21,378 nt of DNA from NCBI GenBank assembly GCA_046581755.1, contig JAYGFR010000201.1, positions 1 to 21,378 on the forward strand. The letters run 5' to 3'. Of the stretch, positions 16,901 to 21,378 are shown piece by piece. Position 1 is the stretch's first letter, and each line of letters starts with the position of its first letter. The position numbers and the translations under genes were made by a program. Source of the stretch: Nitrospinota bacterium (GTDB lineage: Bacteria > UBA8248). The notes under the pieces are model-generated. The model did no database searches. It worked only from the letters and a program-made list of their open reading frames with translations, and was not told the origin of the DNA.

Positions 16901-17578
16901 ATGGACAGGGTAGGGCAAATCGGCCTGGACGAGGCGGAGGGCGAAACGGCCCGGTTTTTCGAGGCCACGACGCGGATGCTGGGCCGCGTGCCGCATTCGT
17001 TTCGCATTTTGGCGAACACGCCGCTTGTCGCGCGGATGTTGCTGCTTTTCAACGCGACGATGCAGCGGGAAGGGGCCGGCAGCGTCCTTTCGTGCAAGAT
17101 TAAGGAAATGGCCGTCATCAAGACCAGCCAGTTGAACGGATGCAATTACTGACTGACCCACAATATGGCGCTTGGTCAAGCGACAGGGATCACCCAAGAG
17201 CAGCTCGAGGTCATCGTCTCGGACGATTATATGGACTCGTCCGCTCTTTCGAGCCGGGAGAAGGCGGCCGTCCTCTGGGCGGAGCATGTCACCCGGAACA
17301 CCGCCCGGGAGAGGGACGATATTTTTGAGACGGTGAGGAAAGAATTTACCGAAACCGAGTTGATCGAGATAACGATGATGAGCTGCCTGTTCAACTCGTG
17401 GAACCGGTTTATGGATTCGCTCCATATTCCGGTCGAGGAGCCTGGCGAGGTGGACAAGATTCGAACCTCGATTTATCTGGACCCGGCCCTGGTGAAGGGT
17501 TATATGCAGGAAATGATCGACCACTGGCCCGAGGAATTTCCCGAACCGGACGGTCAGGCTCTGGGGAACTCCCGTTAA
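16901..17578 (+). CDS. AhpD/carboxymuconolactone decarboxylase-family protein, probable selenoprotein (225 aa, C81-N-Y-U84; UGA at 17150-17152)
   Basis: ORFs 16901-17152 and 17165-17578 are in the same frame, separated only by TGA-CTG-ACC-CAC-AAT. Read-through gives KEMAVIKTSQLNGCNY[U]LTHN, the AhpD CxxC..H motif. The AhpD C-terminal half follows (LSSREKAAVLWAEHVT...N.WNRF). RBS GGAGGGAG. Confidence 0.88.
17154..17192 (+). promoter_or_regulatory. bacterial SECIS-like hairpin
   Basis: Upper stem CGCTT (17169-17173)/AAGCG (17178-17182) with a G-first apical loop GGTC, 21 nt after the UGA. Lower pairing TGACCC (17154-17159)/GGGATCA (17186-17192). Confidence 0.75.
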
Positions 17579-17652
17579 TAAAGCGGGGGTTTTGCCTTTT
17601 TTCCGCGGTTAAAGAAGCCCGCCGGGATTTTGGACCTCAGCCCGCATGAGAG

Positions 17653-17681
17653 TTGTCCCCTGCAGGGGGGAGTCCTATACT
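17653..17681 (+). promoter_or_regulatory. putative sigma70 promoter upstream of the DehI-like gene
   Basis: TTGTCC (17653-17658), 17-nt spacer, TATACT (17676-17681). Confidence 0.5.
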
Positions 17682-17776
17682 CACCCCGGTTTTAAATCGA
17701 ACAGGCGTGTTTTCCGTCCGGCCGAAGCGTCGGAGCGACGGGCGGATCGATCGATACCGGCGGGCAGGATGGCGAG

Positions 17777-18667
17777 ATGACCGGTCTCCTATTGGATGAA
17801 ATTTCAGAGCGGGCCTCTTCGGGCCGCGTCGCCGATATATACGAGGATATCAAGCAAACGCTCCGCACCACCCAGGTCAACCTGATCTACCGAACGCTGT
17901 CGGTGCATGAGGCGTATTTTGCCGCCGCCTGGGAGGCGTTGCGCCCCAACGCCTCGATTACCTACTTCGAGCGGTGCGCGGACAGCCTGCGCATGCGGAT
18001 GACGCCGCCCATGCCGGAGGATGTTCCCGATTTCGAGGAAGTGCTGGAGGAGGAATGCGGTTACAGCGAAGAGCAAATCGCAGGGATCGATCAAATTCTC
18101 GACGCATACAACTATATCAATCCGAAAAACCTCATTCTTGTGGACGCGCTGCGCGGCGCCCTCGGCGGCTTAAAAATCGGCGGCGTCAAGCCCGGATTCG
18201 ACGAAGATCTCGATCCGTTGCCCCGCGCCCCCTATCCAGCGATGGCGGTGCCTGAGCTGATCCAGCCGGAGGAGGCCAGCGGAGAAATCGCCGAAATATT
18301 TGAGCGGATTCAGAGCGAATCCGGCGTACGGGGCGTTCCCAGCGTATGGCGAGCCCTGGCCCGGTATCCTGAGTTTGTGAGCCGGGCCTGGGCGTTTGTG
18401 CGCGAGGAGCAAAAGAAAAAAGGTTTCGAGATTACCGTCAGCCTCTCCCAGGGGGCGGCGGGCGCGGCCGCCCAGGAGTTCCCCCATCCCGTGGAGCTCA
18501 GCCGGGACCAGGTGCGGGAGCTGGGTTGCAGCGACGAGGAAATCGACCTGATCGAGAAAAAACTAGACCATTTCATCCATCTCATCCCACAGACCAACGT
18601 GTCGATCCTGCTGATGAAGGCGGCTGTCGCGGGAGAGGGGAAAGTCCGTCGGAAACCTTTCGAGTAG
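17777..18667 (+). CDS. DehI-family (group I haloacid dehalogenase fold) protein with internal duplication
   Basis: Two homologous halves (ASSGRVADIYEDIKQTL...VNLIYRTL...AAAWEALRP and ASGEIAEIFERIQS...VPSVWRALARYPEF..RAW) and the family-typical Y.YINPK motif. Confidence 0.75.
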   Translation: MTGLLLDEISERASSGRVADIYEDIKQTLRTTQVNLIYRTLSVHEAYFAAAWEALRPNASITYFERCADSLRMRMTPPMPEDVPDFEEVLEEECGYSEEQIAGIDQILDAYNYINPKNLILVDALRGALGGLKIGGVKPGFDEDLDPLPRAPYPAMAVPELIQPEEASGEIAEIFERIQSESGVRGVPSVWRALARYPEFVSRAWAFVREEQKKKGFEITVSLSQGAAGAAAQEFPHPVELSRDQVRELGCSDEEIDLIEKKLDHFIHLIPQTNVSILLMKAAVAGEGKVRRKPFE

Positions 18668-18721
18668 TCTCCCGATTGTGAAGGCGGTTCCGGGCACTCT
18701 CGCAAGCTAAGGAGCGTCTTC

Positions 18722-19483
18722 GTGTCGGCCTTCTCTCCCGTATTCCTATCCCTGGCAGCAGGGGCGCTGTTTTTTGCGGGATTCGTGAAAGGGACGACCG
18801 GCTTCGGAATCACCCTAATCGTCCTCCCCGTGCTCGTTTTGGTGATCACGCCCCAAGAGGCCATCGTCCTCAACTCGATTCCGGTCATGATGATGAACAT
18901 CGCAACGGCTGCCAGCACCGTCCGGGAGTACCACGAGATTCGGCGGATCAGGTGGATGCTGCCCGTCGCATTTGTCTGCGTGCCTCTGGGCGTAAATGTT
19001 CTCATATGGGTGGACCCGGAGCCTGCCCGCGCGGTCATCGGATTGATGATCATTTTCTTTATCGCGATGCGGATTTCGGGATGGCAACCCCCCCGGATGT
19101 CCCCGGTGGGCGAAATTATCTTCGGGGCGGGGATGGGCGCCCTCATCGGATTTATCTTCGGCATGATCATGATGCCGGGGGCCTTCATTATTTTTTATGT
19201 GACCACGTTAGGCGTGCGGCGCGAGGCATTTGTGTTTTTGTTGAACACGATAGCGGCGGTGCTTTCGGTGATCCAGGTTTCATCGTTTGCCTGGCACGAT
19301 CTGTATGCGGCCGACGCCTGGCGGAACACCGCGTTGATGCTCGCGCCGGCGCTCGCTGGCCTGTATGCGGGCACGCGTCTTCGAAGGCGGCTGTCGGAGA
19401 GGGTTTTCGAGCGGCTTGTTCTGGTGCTCCTCGGAGCCACCGGCGTTATCCTCATTCCGCGTTACGGGGCCCTGCTCTTTTAA
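18722..19483 (+). CDS. sulfite exporter TauE/SafE family membrane protein
   Basis: GTG start after AAGGAG. AGFVKGTTGFG motif, about 8 TM segments, and GLYAGTRLRRRLSERVFERLVLVLL. Confidence 0.88.
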   Translation: MSAFSPVFLSLAAGALFFAGFVKGTTGFGITLIVLPVLVLVITPQEAIVLNSIPVMMMNIATAASTVREYHEIRRIRWMLPVAFVCVPLGVNVLIWVDPEPARAVIGLMIIFFIAMRISGWQPPRMSPVGEIIFGAGMGALIGFIFGMIMMPGAFIIFYVTTLGVRREAFVFLLNTIAAVLSVIQVSSFAWHDLYAADAWRNTALMLAPALAGLYAGTRLRRRLSERVFERLVLVLLGATGVILIPRYGALLF

Positions 19484-19492
19484 GCGGCTGAA

Positions 19493-19810
19493 ATGTGGAA
19501 TTGCGGCGGAGATCCCCTCGCTGCCGGCGGATTGATCAAGGCCGCCGTTGTGTTCTTTTATTCTTTCGTTTCACCGGAAAATTCCCGCGATGGATTCTCT
19601 CCGGGGCCGATTCCCACGGTGATCGGGGTGGGATTCGGCATAACGCTGATACCGATTTTGGTGGGGTTTTATGCTGGATCGCATTTCCGCCCCCGAGTTT
19701 CGCAAGAGATATTCTGCCGAATTGTGCGGGGCATGTTATTCCTGATCGCGGCATCACTCGCCGTTTGGCTGGCCTGGAACTTGAACTGGGGCCGAAGGGC
19801 GGAATTCTAG
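19493..19810 (+). pseudogene. internally deleted TauE/SafE paralog (relic or mini-protein)
   Basis: GFGITLIPILV resembles the N-terminus of the upstream TauE (GFGITLIVLPVLV) and runs directly into GFYAGSHFRPRVSQEIFCRIV, which resembles its C-terminus. The middle helices are missing and there is no clear RBS. Confidence 0.55.
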
Positions 19811-20159
19811 GATTAAAATATCATTGGCTTTAACCTTAGTATGAATCTTCGCTTTTTTTATGTTGATTTGGACTGCAATTCAAGAAAATTCTGGACTTTT
19901 GTCAGCATTTCTCTATACTCGGTTCATCCAGGAAATTAAAGGGGAGATGGGGGAACGCTTTTGGCGGGGCGGGGCCGAAAGGCCTCACTGCGTTTGCGGG
20001 TTCTAGTCGCGCCCATTTAATCCGCTCTCATCCGTTTCAATATTACTGAATCCTGATAGGACCGGCCTCCCGATTTTTCCCCTCGCGGGAAGAATTTATG
20101 TACGTCATCTCTCCTTTGATTGGATGGATATTCGGCGATTAAACGGTTCGGTTCTTTTG

Positions 20160-20188
20160 TTGACAGCCCGGCTGGCGGGTGTGATTAT
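20160..20188 (+). promoter_or_regulatory. putative sigma70 promoter of the tRNA cluster
   Basis: TTGACA (20160-20165), 17-nt spacer, GATTAT (20183-20188), with TG at 20180-20181. Confidence 0.55.
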
Positions 20189-20258
20189 CTGTGGGCTTTT
20201 CGCTTGGCGAGAAGAGGAATTCGCCAAAAGGAATAGGCTTTCGATGCCGAAAATGCGA

Positions 20259-20335
<77 letters not shown>

Positions 20336-20412
20336 ATCGTTCATCCACTTGCACCGCCCGCCCCGCCGTAGGGCGGGCGAAAAGTGTGACCAGGCTCCAT
20401 ATTTTCCGATAT

Positions 20413-20489
20413 GGTGGGTGTAGCTCAGGGGTTAGAGCGCCGGGTTGTGGCCCCGGAGGTCGGGGGTTCAAATCCCCTCACTCACCCCA
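20413..20489 (+). tRNA. tRNA-His(GUG)
   Basis: G-1 plus acceptor GTGGGTG/CACTCAC with C73, anticodon arm CCGGG-TT-GTG-GC-CCCGG, encoded CCA. Confidence 0.97.
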
Positions 20490-20549
20490 TTCGGTTGTCT
20501 TTTGCCGGGCTGATTGAAAACGATGGTTTCCTCCTCCTCAAGGGTGCGG

Positions 20550-20626
20550 GCGCCCGTAGCTCAATTGGATAGAGCGTCGGACTTCGGATCCGAAGGTTGC
20601 AGGTTCAAGTCCTGCCGGGCGCACCA
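20550..20626 (+). tRNA. tRNA-Arg(UCG)
   Basis: Acceptor GCGCCCG/CGGGCGC, anticodon arm TCGGA-CT-TCG-GA-TCCGA, A20 Arg identity element, encoded CCA. Confidence 0.96.
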
Positions 20627-20641
20627 GTAATAACAATGACT

Positions 20642-20671
20642 TACAATGATTTATGGGTCGTTGTATATTTT
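20642..20671 (+). terminator. terminator-like hairpin after the tRNA cluster
   Basis: TACAATGATT-TATG-GGTCGTTGTA (10-bp stem with three G-U pairs) followed by TATTTT. Confidence 0.45.
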
Positions 20672-20673
20672 AC

Positions 20674-20761
20674 CTACGCGATTAACTACGCGAGTTTTGA
20701 TAGTTGGGAGTATTGGAACCGTAAGGTTTATTCTGCGAACGGTTTTAGTTCTACGCGAGTT
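20674..20761 (+). repeat. CTACGCGA(GTT) direct repeats, three copies
   Basis: Copies start at 20674, 20686 and 20751; the last two share 11 identical nt (CTACGCGAGTT). Confidence 0.7.
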
Positions 20762-21017
20762 GATCTTAGAATTTATTCCATCTCTATCTAGTCAGTATTC
20801 GTTTTTAACAAAGAGTCACCACTTTTGGTCGTGTTCTAAACCGATCTGCACCATAAAATACGGTCTGAATATACCCGATTGATCAAATGAAACTTTACAT
20901 TAAAACCAAAACATCTTATTCTGGTTGTGTTGAGTTCTGTGAATTCTACAGACAAAAACAAGGTGTTTTGCGAAAGAGTCTGTATTCTAAATTTAACAAT
21001 TAAAGGGGGGAGTAGAT

Positions 21018-21314
21018 ATGAAAAAGTTCTCATTAATTGCGATTGTTTCTATCTTTATTTTTGGTGGTTTTATTGTCAGTGTGAGTGCCCAAAATCCACT
21101 TGGAAGAGGTTATACTCAACGGTCTAATCCGTTAGGAAGAGGTTATCGGCAACTTACTAATCCGTTAGGACGAGGTTATCGACAAGGTTCTAATCCGTTA
21201 GGACGAGGTTATCGGCAAAATTCTAGTCCGTTAGGACGAGGTTATCGGCAAACCGTCAATCCGTTAGGACGAGGTTATCGGCAACCAACTGGTATATACA
21301 AAAGGTTTAAATAA
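21018..21314 (+). CDS. small secreted cationic tandem-repeat protein (signal peptide plus six 11-aa xNPLGRGYRQx units)
   Basis: RBS AAGGGGGGAG. Sec-type signal MKKFSLIAIVSIFIFGGFIVSVSA|Q. The repeat period of 33 nt keeps the frame, with synonymous variation between units. Confidence 0.88.
   Translation: MKKFSLIAIVSIFIFGGFIVSVSAQNPLGRGYTQRSNPLGRGYRQLTNPLGRGYRQGSNPLGRGYRQNSSPLGRGYRQTVNPLGRGYRQPTGIYKRFK
21093..21284 (+). repeat. 33-bp coding tandem repeat, six copies
   Basis: Core AATCCGTTAGGACGAGGTTATCGGCAA with units starting at 21093, 21126, 21159, 21192, 21225 and 21258, separated by 6 variable nt. Confidence 0.95.
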
Positions 21315-21378
21315 TTTCTTCGTTAATATTGTAAGTGCGACCCTCTCTGGTCGTTTGGCAGGGTGTTTGGTGGTGGGA

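Larger units (their letters stand above)
20627..21378. mobile_element. probable edge of an AT-rich genomic island integrated at the tRNA-Arg(UCG) 3' end
   Basis: Abrupt GC drop right after the CCA. IHF-like TAACAATGACTTA (20631-20643) and three CTACGCGA direct repeats. No integrase in the window. Confidence 0.6.

Noticed and set aside
16853..16903. The rdgB TGA stop is in frame with the AhpD gene with no intervening stop, suggesting a second read-through or fusion
   Set aside because: RdgB is already complete, the TGA is not at a Cys-equivalent position, no SECIS-like hairpin follows, and the AhpD gene has its own strong RBS. Probably chance.
17150..17152. Nonsense pseudogene or genome-wide UGA recoding (Trp/Gly)
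   Set aside because: TGA terminates several complete genes in this window (ALDH, aminotransferase, moaA, rph, rdgB). The CxxU position and hairpin favour Sec over a random nonsense mutation.
21093..21284. CRISPR array interpretation of the 33-bp repeats
   Set aside because: The variable parts are only 6 nt, the period is a multiple of 3, the variation is largely synonymous inside an ORF with RBS and signal peptide, and there are no cas genes in the window.

Overview
High-GC bacterial chromosomal segment (GC estimated by eye at about 60-65%) with all credible genes on the + strand. In order: a 5'-truncated YceI-like gene; acyl-CoA dehydrogenase and MaoC-type hydratase; a GabD-like aldehyde dehydrogenase; a class V aminotransferase with two 1-nt frameshifts; tatA; a Moco/Tuco riboswitch with antiterminator and terminator ahead of moeA, moeA-PBP fusion and moaA; an RND adaptor and permease (one 1-nt frameshift); rph and rdgB; an AhpD/CMD-family gene; a DehI-fold gene; a TauE exporter and an apparent internally deleted TauE relic; and three tRNAs, Arg(UCU), His(GUG) and Arg(UCG). 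The ORF track splits the AhpD gene in two, but it reads through an in-frame TGA at a CxxU motif followed by a SECIS-like hairpin, so it is probably a selenoprotein. The DehI-fold protein appears to lack the catalytic Asp. Immediately after the last tRNA the sequence turns AT-rich and shows att-like features. This part encodes a small secreted, strongly cationic protein made of six xNPLGRGYRQx repeats. The best leads are the selenoprotein/DehI-like/TauE trio, the P3-less (tungsten-type) riboswitch with transcription attenuation, and the repeat protein at the island edge. All family calls come from motif recognition by eye, not database searches.
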